A DNA stretch of 64,000 nt from NCBI GenBank assembly GCA_030265395.1, contig JARFYF010000063.1, forward strand, positions 108,867,345 to 108,931,344, written 5' to 3'. This DNA is from Rhina ancylostomus. Its lineage: Eukaryota. Numbering within the stretch: position 1 is the first letter of the stretch; every line of letters starts with the position of its first letter. Below the pieces are notes generated by a model. The model saw only the letters and a list, made by a program, of their open reading frames with translations. It was not told where the DNA came from and did no database searches. The position numbers and the translations under genes are program-made. Shown here piece after piece: positions 1 to 13,764 of the stretch.

Positions 1-84
1 GGGGGCGGGGAGGGGAGGAGTGAACTCAGGAGTCACAGAGATAGCAGTCCCTGCAAAACTGGGACCACTCCTATGTCCATCTAT

Positions 85-258
85 TTCTGCTCTGCTTTTC
101 CTTGTATATTTTTTCTACCTTCAGCCCTGAAGAAGGGTCCTGACCCAAAACGTTGACCACCGCCTTTTCTCCATGGATGCTGCCTGGCCTGCTGAGTTCC
201 TCCAGCATCATCATTTTTGTTTCATTTAGATTCCGGCATCTGCAGTCCTTGTTTCTCT
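85..258 (+). mobile_element. PLE terminal repeat with degenerate hammerhead motif (122-159)
   Basis: CAGCC-CTGAAGA-A-GGG TCCTGA CCC-AAAA-CG-TT-GACCA (GAAA changed to AAAA), followed by gatgctgcctggcctgctgagttcctccagcatc; homologous to 26647-26820. Confidence 0.75.
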
Positions 259-470
259 ACCTTGTTATGACCTTGCACCTTACTGTCTACCTGCACTGCA
301 CTTTCTCTCTATTCTATATTGTAACTTGTATTGTAACTACACTTCAGTCTATATTGTTTTACCTTGTACTACCTCAATGCACTGTGTAAAGAATTGATCT
401 GTATAAACAGTATGCAAGACAAGTTTTTCATTGTATCTTGGTACAAGTGACAATAATAAACCGATTTCAA
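256..470 (+). mobile_element. Rex-Babar LINE 3' UTR fragment
   Basis: Homologous (reverse complement) to 2015-2250 and 6078-6230; ends ...tgacaataataaaccg. Confidence 0.7.
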
Positions 471-2014
471 TTATTTGAAGCATATTGCATCTGATAGGCC
501 ACAGTGAAGACAGCTTTGGCCTGATCACCTTTAATTCCATTTCTGGCTTTACTGGATACCTTTATAAATGCAAGTTCTTTCTCTCAGTTTTGGTATAATC
601 TGTAGTACTGAATTTGAATTTTTTCAGTGTACATGCATATTAATTAAACAAGAAACCAATATGGTGCCATGTAGCAACATATCTCCAGCAACAAATATGT
701 TGACACTCTTAACTGGGTGGAACAAATGTCAATTAAATTGGCTATCCATTTGAATATATATTTCATAATTTTTGATCAATCGATTTATCCAGATGTAATT
801 TTAGTTGGGGTTAAATTTGTAGAGTTTTTAAAAGATCACCAATAAATTCATTAATATTATCTGGGAAGGTTTTTTGAATGGAATTTGGGGATAGAATATG
901 CCAAAGTAAAATGTCATCATTTTTATGGATGTACAGAAATGATGGTACTGGATCACATTTATGATGCTTGGAGCGTGGTGACCAGACATTCTTTTGCAAT
1001 CTCCTGAGAGAGGCTCAGAAACAGAGAGAATAAACAGCAGGGCCAAAAACTAGGGAGAGGGAGAAAACAAAAATTCTCTTCAGTCCCTTCAGGCAATCAA
1101 AACCAGTCCAGAAGATCTCACTGTTTATGTGGTATTAACTGTTTCACTGCCTGCTGTACCATCTTGTATAGTATGATCACTGCCCCAGCTAGAAGTTGGC
1201 CCAGATCTCTTATGAAGGCGTGCAGAGATTGTGTACTAAAGACACATGAACAATGTGTTGCACTTTGATGATTTAAGTGCAGGAGCCCGGTCCACTTCAA
1301 CTTCCAAACACAATTTGAGAAAGACTTTAGGAAGCAATCGGCATTACTCTTTGTTAGCAACAACCACCATTGTTGAAAACTGTGCTACATTATGGCATAA
1401 ATTCTCATTATCAGCTTTGATAATCCCTTACGTAATTTGTTAAATGATATAATTTTTGTTGTTAAATCTGTTGAATTTTTGCCCTTGCTCTTTAGTTCAG
1501 AACTATAATATATGCAATTTTGGTCAACTCTGATACTATGATTTTTTTTAAAAATAATGTCGACTATGGTCAGGGGATTTTCCAAAGTGGTAGCAGTAGT
1601 TCTGAATGTGAGAGGTCAAGAACCCTTCAGAGGAACTCCAATTGGCTTAACCCAAAAAGATGAACCTGGTTATTTCCCCACTGCTGAGTGCTTCCAGCAT
1701 TGCCTATTTTTGTTTGCTCACTTGCACCTTAGCTTATTTACCATAGGAATGAGAGTGGGCCATTTAGTCCCTCAACCCTGTCCCACTATACAGTTTGACC
1801 ATGACTGACCTTTACCTCAGTTTGGATCATCTATCTTTATTCCATATTCCTCAGTTTAAAGTCTGAGATTAACCCAGCATTTCATGTCTCTTCAGATTTT
1901 GTATTCCATATTTCAGCTACCTTTTGTGTCAAAGTCCGAGCTCTGATGGAATTTTCCAAGGTGGTAGCAGAAGTTTTGGAGTCATAATTATTAATTTGCT
2001 TGCCATCCTTTCAC

Positions 2015-2250
2015 TTGGTATTGGTGTTGGTTTATTATTGTCGTTTGTACCGAGATATAGTGAAAAACTTGTCTTGCATACCATTTGTACAGATCAATTC
2101 ATTACACGGTGCATTAAGGTAGTAAAGGGTAAAAACAATAACAGAATATAGAGTAAAGTGTCACAGCTACAGAGGAAGTACAGTGCAGGTAGACAATAAG
2201 GTGCAAGGTCATAACAAGGTAGATTTTGAGGTCAAGAGTCCATCTCATCA
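2015..2250 (-). mobile_element. Rex-Babar LINE 3' UTR fragment
   Basis: ggtttattattgtc...gtaccgagatatagtgaaaa...gtgcaggtagacaataaggtgcaaggtcat, shared with the copy at 6078. Confidence 0.7.
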
Positions 2251-3215
2251 TATATTGTTGTCCCTATCTAATTTCAAGGATGTGTTCCTTAGCTCTGGAT
2301 TCCATTAGCAAAAGAAATATCCTCTCTACATATTTTTATTCATTTTGTATACCACTGTAAGATCAGGCACATGTTTCCTAAACCCAACCAAGTACAAACT
2401 AAGTTCTTGCAATCTTTTTATTGTCTAACATTTTTAACTGGTATAATTATAGCAAATATGAACTGTTTCTATTGCTAGGCCAGTAAGTCTTTGGTTTAGT
2501 TCCCAAAGCTGAATGTAGCCTTCCAGATGGGTTCTCACCAAAGCTTAGTACAGCTGAAGAACAGAATCCTATTTTTTGAATGACAGTCATCTCAAAGTAA
2601 ATGGCAACATTGCATTGATGTACTAGCTTTGTGATTTCAATACTTGGGCATCTAAATCTCTGCTCAATCACTATTCCCAACTCCTTGTCAGTTAGAAAAC
2701 AGCCTTGATGACATCGCCTTGTCCCTGTGCCACAGTTTTGCCAGTTCATTTAGCCTGCCTTTGTAGTCATTCACAATGCAAACAATCCACAATGCCGGAT
2801 AACATTTGCAAAGTTGGGTGCTCTACTCTGTTGACTAGAAATTGGATTGTACTTTTTTTTTTGATGCTCTGAAACATCATGGTGGGCAGCTTCCACTGCT
2901 TTGCAGAACATGATAGAGAAAAGATGGTCATCTCTTAAAGGCAGATTCTATGTGGCAGTCAGACCCCTGCATCACATAGGCTGTGATGGGACCGAGAGAA
3001 GCTGTAGGGCAGATAATCTTCAGTTTTGTGCATTTCTGTGTCTTCTCCCCAGGGTCAACCATTTTCCCAGATTCAACTGCCACATCTAGCCCCACAGTTT
3101 TGATGCCTGCTGGATGTTATTGAACCACACGTAACATTAATTTCTTAAGCTTTCTTTACATACTTCTAAAAGCACTTTTGGTCAGTTTGAGTATAGGTGG
3201 AGCACCTCAGTGTGT

Positions 3216-3309
3216 AGGGACATCTGCTGATGTCAGGATACTTCATAAGCAGTTTCCAGTGAGTTTTGGAACATGTTTATGAAGTATCCTGACATCAGCA
3301 GATGTCCCT
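3216..3309. repeat. Perfect 33-bp inverted repeat with 28-nt spacer
   Basis: agggacatctgctgatgtcaggatacttcataa (3216-3248) and ttatgaagtatcctgacatcagcagatgtccct (3277-3309). Confidence 0.97.
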
Positions 3310-3644
3310 TTAAATTTTGAGCAAAGCAAGTATAGCACTATGGGTTCCTAGTCCTCTTGAGATTCATTCACAGTGACCACATATGGAACTGTAAGCTCTA
3401 ATTTCTATCAATATGAACAGAAACCTATATTACACATTGAGTAATGCCACTGGATATTGCACCTGATGTCAGGAAAAGATCAGATACACAAATGTGGATC
3501 ATGACTGAAAGTGCCCATTTTAATTTTCTGATTGGTGTGATTTCACCTGGAAATGAGTGGTTATCTCAGTTTACTCCTGGTAAAATCTGTTTTTGATCAC
3601 ACAGCATAAGAGAACTGTGCTCTGTGATTCAATTTCTCAGTCCT

Positions 3645-4255
3645 TATAGAACAATACAGGCCCTTCGGCCCACCATGTTGTGCCACCCATCAAACCACAC
3701 CTCCCACCATCTAACCCTTTCCTCTCGCATATNNNNNNNNNNNNNNNNNNNNNNNNNNNNNNNNNNNNNNNNNNNNNNNNNNNNNNNNNNNNNNNNNNNN
3801 NNNNNNNNNNNNNNNNNNNNNNNNNNNNNNNNTGAAAACCAGGAACATTCAACATCCACTCCTGCCCTGACGTCAGCCACGTCTCTGTTATAGCCACAAT
3901 ATCAAAGTCTCCCATACTTATCCAAGCCCTCAGCTCATCTCCCTTATTCCCGATGTTTCTTGCATTTATGTACACGCACTTCAGTCCATCCACCTTACTA
4001 CTTTTAGAGCCTGCGCTCTGCTTCTTCTCTAAAGTTTCTCTACCTGATTGATCTAACTTTTCCCCATCCCCTTCTTCCCCTGACCTACTCCTCCGGTTCC
4101 CTCCCCCCCTCACTAATTAGTTTAAACCCTCCCAAACCACCCAAGCAAACCTAGCCGCAACGATATTGGCCCCTGTCTGGTTTGGATGTAACCCGTCCTC
4201 TCTGTACAGGTCCCACCTTCCCGAGAAGAGATCCGAATGATCCAGAAGTCTATCC
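3645..4255 (-). mobile_element. CR1-clade LINE: ORF1 esterase end, ORF2 endonuclease start, N gap, 3' end
   Basis: Minus strand reads LLDHSDLFSGRWDLYREDGLHPNQTGANIVAARF...GLN* (SGNH DxxH motif), then LKCVYINARNIGNKGDEL...DIVAITETWL (APE endonuclease). A CR1-type 3' end (caggcccttcggccc) lies left of the gap. Confidence 0.88.
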
Positions 4256-6077
4256 AAATCATTAACATATAAAATGAAAACTTGTGACATTTTCCCACCC
4301 TCTCCTCCCCATTCTTTCCAAAGAATTTCAAAAAGTATTTTTTATTACCTTCCTCGAGATCTCTGTTGCAGTTATGTCACTAGTGGCTGCTATGTTATAT
4401 CCTTTAACTTGAATTTATGCTTTATCTGGATAATTGTCACCATCTTGTTCGTGTAATCGGTTCCTTTTCTCACAGTACTAATTAAGTGTGCCTTTTCACC
4501 TCCCAACTCCTAATCTAAATCTCTTCCCACTGTCCTATTTACTCATTCTGAAATGGCAAATAGAATAATTTGATTATGTTTTTACTGGATCTGCTATCAC
4601 ATAACATTGATTGAGAAGTATGTTTAAAAATCAGTGCTAGCTGGAGATTTGTTCTTGTAAAGGAACCAGCAACTAACAAATATATTTTGTTTTGTGCGTT
4701 TACCTAATTTGTTTTCCTTTTTAAGGATGCATAGAGTATATGGTTAGGGACACTGATGGCATGTGTGCTGTTGTTAACTGCGGCTGCGGTTGTCTCACTG
4801 TGTTACTTTCTGGAGGATAAAAATCTTTTCCAGTTATTCTACAGGGAATTACAAAGAACAATTCATCCAATAAGGCCATGTGCTAGCTAATCAAATGCTT
4901 AAGATTCTTGTCGAAGGCTAGTGCGAAATAAATAATGAATAGTAAATAAATGATGAGTTGTCTGATCTACATAAAAAGCTGGGCTTCAAAAATCAAATTA
5001 GAAAATGTAGTTTACATTTTAAAATTCAGCTTTCTGGCCAGGCTCAAGCTTGTTTTATTCTTGTGCAGAGTGTTCTTTAAAAAGATTTTCATCTAGTTCA
5101 CTTGTGAATTATTTAAGCTGAGTATTCTATTGATCAATGCAGGCACCTTTGTGCTTGCTGGAGGATATGGGAACATTGATGCTGAGTAATTGCTCTCAGA
5201 TGGTGTGATATTTTGCAACTTGAATTCTGAAAAATTTATTTCATGAGCTTTGTGCAGTAGAGGTTACTTTGTTACTGGACAGGCTTAAAGAGTCTATTAA
5301 TATTCCAGAAGACATGGCCTTTGTTAATGCAATATTATTTTCTGAATTTTGCACTTGTTCACTGTCCTTCACTTTCACCTGTTAGATTTTAAATACACTA
5401 AATTGAAATTTCCTATTTTTCATATTTGAACAAGAATTTTAAAATATTTTCATAATGAACATTTATAAGGAACATTCATATTATTATCATATTATTTACA
5501 TTATCATATAAAAGTGACAATGGGGTCACAAAGAGAAATTAGGATCGATGGCCAAAAGCTTGGCCAAGAAGGGTTAATAAAATTTTTAATAAGGGACATT
5601 TTTAGTATAGGTCCCAAATAGTTGAAGGCAAGGCTATCAATGATGAAGCAGTGAAGTAGGAGCTACAATTGGAGGGTGCATATTGTAGGACAAGAGAAGC
5701 TGACAGGCATAGGGAAAGGTAAGGCAATGGATGAACTTGGAAACAAAGGGTCAAAATTGTAAAATCCACATATTGCCATGGGAAATCCATCAGGAAATTG
5801 CACTTTTCAGGAAATTGCAGCATGGGCATTTGGGTTAGGAAATCGTGTGCTACTATGCATAAAGGGCAAGATTGTACCTCCAATTTTCTTTGTTGTTTCA
5901 CCAGCAGGAGCTTAATCCTGTCCTCTCCCATGCTCACATAAGGATAAGATGCACTTGATGTTTTCTGGTGTAAATAAAACTATATAAATTGAATACAATC
6001 TCTTTACAATGCATTCAGTCTCTAGTTTTGGATGAGTTGATGGGAGTTATTGGGTGACCAGGGCATTTTCAATTGGT

Positions 6078-6725
6078 AAATTGGTTTATTATTGTCATAT
6101 GTACCAAGGTACAGTGAAAAGCCATAATAGAATGCAGGATATAGTGTTACAGTTGCAGAGAAAGTGCAATGCAGGCAGACAATAAAATGCAAGGCCATGA
6201 TGAGGTAGATTGTGAAGTTAAGAGTCTTTTTGTTATGCAAGATGTCTGTTCAATAGTCTTATAACAGTGGGGTAGAAGTTGTCCTTGAGCCTGGTGGTAT
6301 GTGCTTTCAGGCTTTTGTATCTTCTGCCTGACATGATGGGGAAGAAGCGAGAATATCTGGGGAGGGAGGTGCCTTTGATTATATTGGCTGCTTTACCAAG
6401 GCAGCTAAAAGTGTAGACAGAGTCCATGGAGGGTAGGCTGGATTATATGATGTGCTGAGTTGTATTCACAACTCTCTGCAGTTTCTTGCAGTATTGGGTA
6501 GAGCAGTTGCCATACCAAGCCATGATGCATCTGGATAGGATGCTCTCTCTGGTGCAGCTATAAAAATTGGTGAGGGTCAATGAAGTCATGCCGAATTTCT
6601 TTAGCGTCCTGAGGAATTAAAGGAGCTGGTGCACTTTCTTGGCCATGGCATCTATGTGGATGGACCAGGACAAGCTATTACTGATATTTACTCCTAGGAA
6701 CTTGAAGCTCTCAACCTTCTCGAAG
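6078..6725 (-). mobile_element. Rex-Babar-type LINE 3' fragment (RT C-terminus + 3' UTR)
   Basis: Minus ORF ...KAANIIK...SGRRYKSLKAHTTRLKDNFYPTVIRLLN, typical of the Rex1/Babar ORF end. Confidence 0.8.
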
Positions 6726-8579
6726 CTCTGGTGACTTCCCAATGTCCAATTTCTTCTATAATAGATGAAATGAACTTGGTTTGGTTACGATTCCATTACA
6801 ATTCTGATATTGAGTGGTAATAGCCACTTGTGTAATTTGCCGACATCAGCAGAGTTCTTGGAAGAGAAAGATGACAATGGGATCAACCAACATATTCTGA
6901 GATTTTTGTTTTGGATCCTAATTGTATGTACTTATTAGTCTCAGCCATCAAAACCTTACTTTAGATTTTGTAAATACTTTTTAATATTTTTATAATTTCT
7001 GAAATCAATGTAAAAAAATGATTAGACCAGATTTCATGGATGATTGCCTGTACCATTAGAACTTAAACTTTATACTGCAGTCTCATTCCAGGAAACCAAT
7101 TAGATTCAAATTATTTCTCTATGATCCTGGGTCTGGAGATTTTAATACAGTAACATATTAAAAGATTACACATTCAAACTGCTGAATTTTATATACGCTC
7201 TCTATTCTCATTCCACTCAATACAATTTATCCTTTGGCAGCTGATAAGGATGATCTCCAAGGTAACCATTAGCGTGACTTCATAACTGCCTGCCAATCTG
7301 ATTTCTGTTGGCCGAGTCACACTAAATTGGTTTCTCTTGTACACATACAGCAGTAGAATTCCTCATCTGAATGTAGTGTTCTACTCTGCAGCCTAATTAA
7401 AACAACTGCACGCAAACTAGGAAAGTGAGAAAAATTGATGGACAGCTCTTGGAATCAAACCTTGTTTGTGACAGAGCAACTTCATTTGCTCCCAATGATG
7501 GACCATTCATCCAAAAAGAAAACATTGTTTTATTTAGAGGATTGTAATTTTTTGTGTAAATAATCATTCATTTTTGTCTGATAAATCCTAAGACAACATA
7601 ATGTGACAGGCTGTCAACCAGCTGTCAAAGCCATTAAAACTAGAAATTTCTCTTTTTAAAAACTGCAACATCAATATGATATGAGATGATATGATTTCAA
7701 CACTCTTATTTTGTACAACTCTATGTATAGCCAAGCATTATTATCCTTTGTATATTTTCCATAATTGGACATTTTCTAACAGTGGTAATTTGTGAAGTGC
7801 AATGCTCTCATGAAAAGAGAACTAGAAATTAATTTTTAATTCTGGTTGTCCAATCAAGAATTGTATGTAATTTTTGTAACCACTTTGAAAGATTTAATTT
7901 CATTAGCTTGAAACTGCCTGGTCAGTTAGTTTTCATGAGTATAATTGATAGAATTGATGTGGAACATCAAGAATCATGAAATATGTAGCTGGCTTTTGCA
8001 GAATTGTGTTACTAATGGTGGAGATTGAAGTCCAAATTTGGAAAATCAACAGTTTCTTAGGTGTGTGGCATTTCAGCTAAGAGCTGTGCCAAGGCCCAGC
8101 TTCTGGTGGTGCAGGAATTGCAAAATCTTAATATGTAATAACTATTTAAATATGTAGGGTAAAATGAATGTGTTGATCTTAAAATATGCAGCTGTGTTTC
8201 TATGGCTTATATTGGCAACCTATTTGGATCTTCTCCCACCATTTGTCTGTCTAAATTTGGCTTGTGAAATGCTGCACAATTGTTACAGCAAAAGATTACG
8301 TAAGACATGACAAGCAGACTGATTATTGCAGAGATACAGGAATTGGTGCTGGTGCAAGGTTATCTTGCCAAAAGTGAATCATCGAGGCAATTCATGATTG
8401 ATGAGAAAGAGATACTTCCAAGAATATCTTAATGATCTTCTAATGCTAAATGATCTGGGTCTTTGCAATCCTGTAAGTTTTCCTGGTAAAATTAAATACT
8501 ACTTCCCATATTTTTATATTCCATATTCTCTTACAGCAGAAAAGGCTATTTGAGCACATTGGGTTTCTNNNNNNNNNNT

Positions 8580-8772
8580 TCCCATCGACTCCTCCCCAGA
8601 TTCTACCACTCACCAACACAATATGTGCACAATTGGGATGAGGGATGAAACCAGAGCACCAGAGAAAACCCGTACAGTCACAGAGAATGTGCAAACCGCA
8701 CACAGACAGTATTCCAAGGTCAGGGTTGAACTAGGGTTGTTGGGCAGCAGCTGCACCACAGTGCCACCCCAG
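8580..8772 (-). mobile_element. Degenerate V-SINE
   Basis: gaaaccagagcaccagagaaaacccgtacagtcacagagaatgtgcaaaccgcacacagacag...gggttgaac. Confidence 0.7.
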
Positions 8773-11700
8773 CAACTAGATCTTAAATTATTAACAGTAA
8801 AGCAATTCTAGTGGAAAATAATATTGTAACATATGTGCACCAGTGTTCCAAAGTACTTTTCTATTTGTAGTATGCTGCATTTGGTGTTTAGATATACATG
8901 CTGCATAGGAATATCTAATGGTTCACTATGATGCAATTCGAATGTATAAACATTCATTGGAAGGCAACAGAGTACATATTTGATAACCACTTAATGATAG
9001 AGGCATGAAGCAAATAGAAAAAGTGATTGTAGCTCAGTAAGACTGCCAGGTGGTTAGAAAGGCTGAGTCAGGAGGGACTAAATTAGATAACCCCAGTAAA
9101 ATGGGTGTGGAAACCACAATTTAGGATTTAACATTTCTGAGCACCAACTTTATGTCATGTAAAGAGCTTTGATCTGGTTCATTTGTTAAGGATACATTGG
9201 CTAGGATAGAATGTGTTTCTTCCACTGAATGCATGAGGTCCTGCCTTGTAGCTTCTTCAGATTGGGCCTCATTTTTAGCTACTCCTGTATCATTTCTCGG
9301 ATGCAAGTCCTTCTAACATTTGTTAGTTGGAGGATTGCTCAAGTGCAGGTGGCCCATAGATTGCTACAGAACAAAGGCATTGTGATGGCTGCAAGGCTGC
9401 AGGATGTCAATCCATATCATTTACTGTCTTTTGTCTCATGTTCTGACCCAAAGATGATATGATGCAGATGTCAGTGAGGAAATTTCACATGTTGCCTCTT
9501 GGTGCGGAATTTCTTCCTGAACACCTTTGTCAAATGTAGTTTGCTGAGAGCCATTCTTCTTCTGCTCCTTTCCTTCTCATCATGTTCGAAGTTTCTAAGT
9601 CTCTTTTTCTCATTCCCCTAGTCAAAATATACTTCAAGTGGAATGTGTGCATTTTCACTAATTTTTGCAAATATCTAGTTTACACAGAGACCTTAAAATG
9701 ACGTTAAATTCCTTCAGCATCTGACCCAAAGCTCGATGTAGATCTCAGATATTTTGCATAAACCACTTGCACAATCATAGAAACAGCCAGTATAAATCAG
9801 GCATCAACTAGGCAAATAGTTGATGATCCTCTTAAATAGCACTTTTGGGGTCCTTCCATGCAGCTAAGCTTGTGCTCAATTGTAGGGGATTAGGAAAAGG
9901 TGCTTTAGCCAGATTGTTGAATTCCAAAAGAGCAGTGTTCATGTCAATCACCACTGTATGCTTAATGCCATGATAATTTGCTTACTATGCATAGATGTTC
10001 AGCTATAATTGTGCTAACAAATGTCCTCGCCAATATGGCTTCTGGCACAAATATTGGATGCCATTTTGGAATTTGTTGAACTAAGTAGCCAGTTTTTATA
10101 CTTTGCATTCTGATCAATGAAATACCATATTTGGACATGAAACATTTTGCATTATAAGGTAGAGTGGCAATCCTGTGAATCATAATTATGCTGCATGATC
10201 AGCATTATTCCTCAGTTCCCAAGTAATTGACTTAATTATATTGTTTATATCAAACTGTTTGTTTTAATGTTAATAGTAATTTGAGTAATCTTCATATTAA
10301 AAAAGTGCCATTTGGCAATCCTATTAATATGCAGGTTGAATACAATATGACCTCATACTTAATAAGCAAGACTTATTATGAATGGGGTCATATTGTCTTC
10401 AAAAGTTTTGGTCTTCCTGTTTCCAAATGCAATCTGAAATAGTTAGGAATGGAGGATATAACTACAGTAACTTAGTTCAGACACTATGTTTAAGCCAAGA
10501 TGGTGAATGGCTTTAAGTCACACATCTAATATTTGAAAAAGTAAATATTTAATGATGTGAATGTTTAATCACTTTTATGGCAGCATTGCACATAATAAGG
10601 CAGCAGTGATGTTCTTAGCCTCCGTACAGATGTTTAAACATACAGAAAGTAAATTTTAATTTTGGCTAAATTTATGGTTTTACCTCAGAAATAGGATTGA
10701 ATCATAACTCCTAAAAATAAGTAGGTTGAATTCACATCAGTAATTTCAAATGCACACAGTCTACAATCAAGTCCACCCTTCTGGTGTTAGTGGAGGTGAG
10801 ATGAGTGGCAGTCAGATAGCTAATCTGTTTCTTGGAAGTTTCTTGTACTTAATGATTTAAGAGCATTTGTTAATTGACCACAATTAAAGTGCCTTTCATT
10901 CCTAACACTCCAATATATTACTCTTCATGGAGACCAAGCAATGCAGTGGGTTCAAAGATATGTTTTTTAAGTCTACTGAGGTTCAAGGATAAAAGCTTCC
11001 TCTGTTTGCTGGTTCATCTTGGGAATGAACTAATTTAGGTAATCTCAATGAATGGGCATGGGCCAATTGGATAAAATCACCTATAACTTGACATCAGTTA
11101 GGAAGTTCACTGTGATTAGATGAATGTATCAAGGTAGGGTCCTGTGGAACTCTTTAAACCAGGACTCTTAAATTTATCAATCTTGATTTGAGTCATGTCA
11201 TTGAAAATCCTAGAGATGAATGAGCACAATACAAGCAAACACCCACCATTGTATTCTTTGGATGTATCTGCACTATTTTCATAAAGTAGAACATAAGAAC
11301 CACTTGCCTACATAGGCAACATTGATTGATGAGTTCTATGCCTTCATTTCTGAAGGCTCTGGCTTTCCTGAATGTTGAGAAATCTTTCAGCTGATGGTAG
11401 TTCAGAAGAGCTGAATCTATGAAAGATATGCCTAGATTTGACTGATTTTATTTCTGTACGACCCATTAAACCCTTCGCTTGTAGGCGGCACATCTGGTAT
11501 GACCACAAATGTCATTGCACTCTTGCTTCTGAACCTACCTCTTGCCTACTTCCTCCCCATGCCCATCCTTTTTCATTCCTTCCTGCCCCCATCCTCTTCC
11601 ATTCTTTCTCCCCCTCCCCACTTCTCCCATCACCCCATTTACTCCAATCCAAGCCACCCTTCTCNNNNNNNNNNNNNNNNNNNNNNNNNNNNNNNNNNNN

Positions 11701-13764
11701 NNNNNNNNNNNNNNNNNNNNNNNNNNNNNNNNNNNNNNNNNNNNNNNNNNNNNNNNNNNNNNNNACCAGTTTGATAAAAGAAAGAAGATAAACAGAATTC
11801 GGAATCCTACTTTTCAATAATTCAATTGTGGCTATAAATCCAATATAATATCCTTATTTGGAGCTAGTAGTGAAATATTCACTATCCTCACAGACATAAA
11901 ACTTTTTATCAGACATTTGTCCATTATGTGCACTATACAAAGTTAATAGAAAGAAAAATCAATACAAACATGTAACGTCCAATCAATCTGCAACCATTTG
12001 TTCTCCACCCAACCTAAAGGGGAGAAAAATGCTGTTAATCATTCTAAAATATATAGAGTTATTTTTGAAGAATGTTTCCAGTATGGAAAATCCTTAAATA
12101 GAAATATTGGCTGGAAAGAATTTTCCACCATGGGGTTATTTATTGATTTATACATCTCCTGTGAAGTTCTATACTTGAAGTGTAGAGAAACCTAACAAAA
12201 GTTTTCTTCTGAGTTTAATTTGGTTTCATTAAGAGTGACATAGACCTGATGAGCTATCCAATTTGTTTGCCTGTAATTCGATTAGGTTGAGACATACAAA
12301 ATGCCTACAATACACAGTAGGGTATACTGTGACAAAGATCACTATTAAGAGAACAGATAACAGATGGAAGATGATAAAATAATAATAGTATTAATAATAA
12401 TAATGGAGAACCTCTTAGGAACACTGTTAATCAAAGTAAACCCATGTGATACTTTTTCCAAACTGGCAATGAATATTGTGATCCAGTTGCAGCCTGTGCT
12501 AAGTCACCTGTTTCTCAATGGTATTTTCAAAGAAAGAATAGGCTGCTGGTATATTATGAATCATAATATTAGGATGGCTTAAATTACTTTATAGCAAATT
12601 AAGTACTACTTGAAGTAAAGCCATAGATGTAATGCAGGGAATCGAAGGCTTTCGAGCCTCCAATCAGCACTGAGATGAAAACTGGTTTTGTTTTAGTGAT
12701 GTTGGATGAGAGATAAATGTTGCCACTGTAGTATGTACTACTTTTGCATGCTTTGAGAAGGGTGTCTGAGCTGAAAGAAGGAACCTCTATAGGAACGCTG
12801 GATAAGTTTTTGTGTTCAAGTTTCTGCCTTGGAACTTGAACCAACACACTGCGAGCCAAGTGACGGAGAGGCAAGAATTCTTTCTTCTAATGTTCATTTG
12901 TTCACACTTGCCAAGTGAATATTTGGTTAGAGATAACCAATTACAATTTTCCTTGTTTTGCTGATATTTGACACCTTAGGGTGTGCCTCTCAGACCACAT
13001 TTTCATGTGTGCTCCTTTTGCAAGAGATTGTGCTATGCATGTGTACAGGATGGATGTCTTTAAACATATCAATTATTAAGAGGTTGCAGGATATTCTCCT
13101 TGTCCACCCATTCAATTAAGTTCAGTAATACTGATCACAGTCATTTGGAAAATTACTTGACCAAATATGGAAAAGCAACGTAATACTTTCTCACAGAAGT
13201 TTTCCATTGAGCAATATCTTTCTCCTGTTTTCTGAAACTGAAGACAAAATGTTTCATAATGTTACTGTCATCAGTTGTTCATTGCTCATTGCTCAAAAAA
13301 GTTTCTTAAATTTTCAAAATGCCTGTACTTCGCAGAAATCATTGCCTTTACTGTTGTTCAATGTGTTGAACTATTTGCTTTGTTATGGATTCCAATAGTT
13401 TTGATATGAATGTCAGCCTAATAAGTCTATAATTCCTAAATGTTTTGTAATTTTCTGGTGGTTTAATGAGATGTGAAAAACTCTTCTATCCCTTTCTTAC
13501 AAATAAATTTAATTAACTATTCTTGGATACATTCCACTTTGTTCCCTTGGTTTATGAATTGTCAGGCATGGCAGAATTAATAACAATTTCATTATGATTC
13601 TGATTTGCTATCAATTATGAAGAATTTATTGTTGTACAAATACCAGAAAGTACATCAACATCATTCTCTGCTATTCTCTTATTCCTATTTTTGTCAGTTT
13701 TGAACAACTTTACATTCTCACTCTCCCTTTTCTCCTGTCACAATTCCCTGTAATGTAACGTGAA

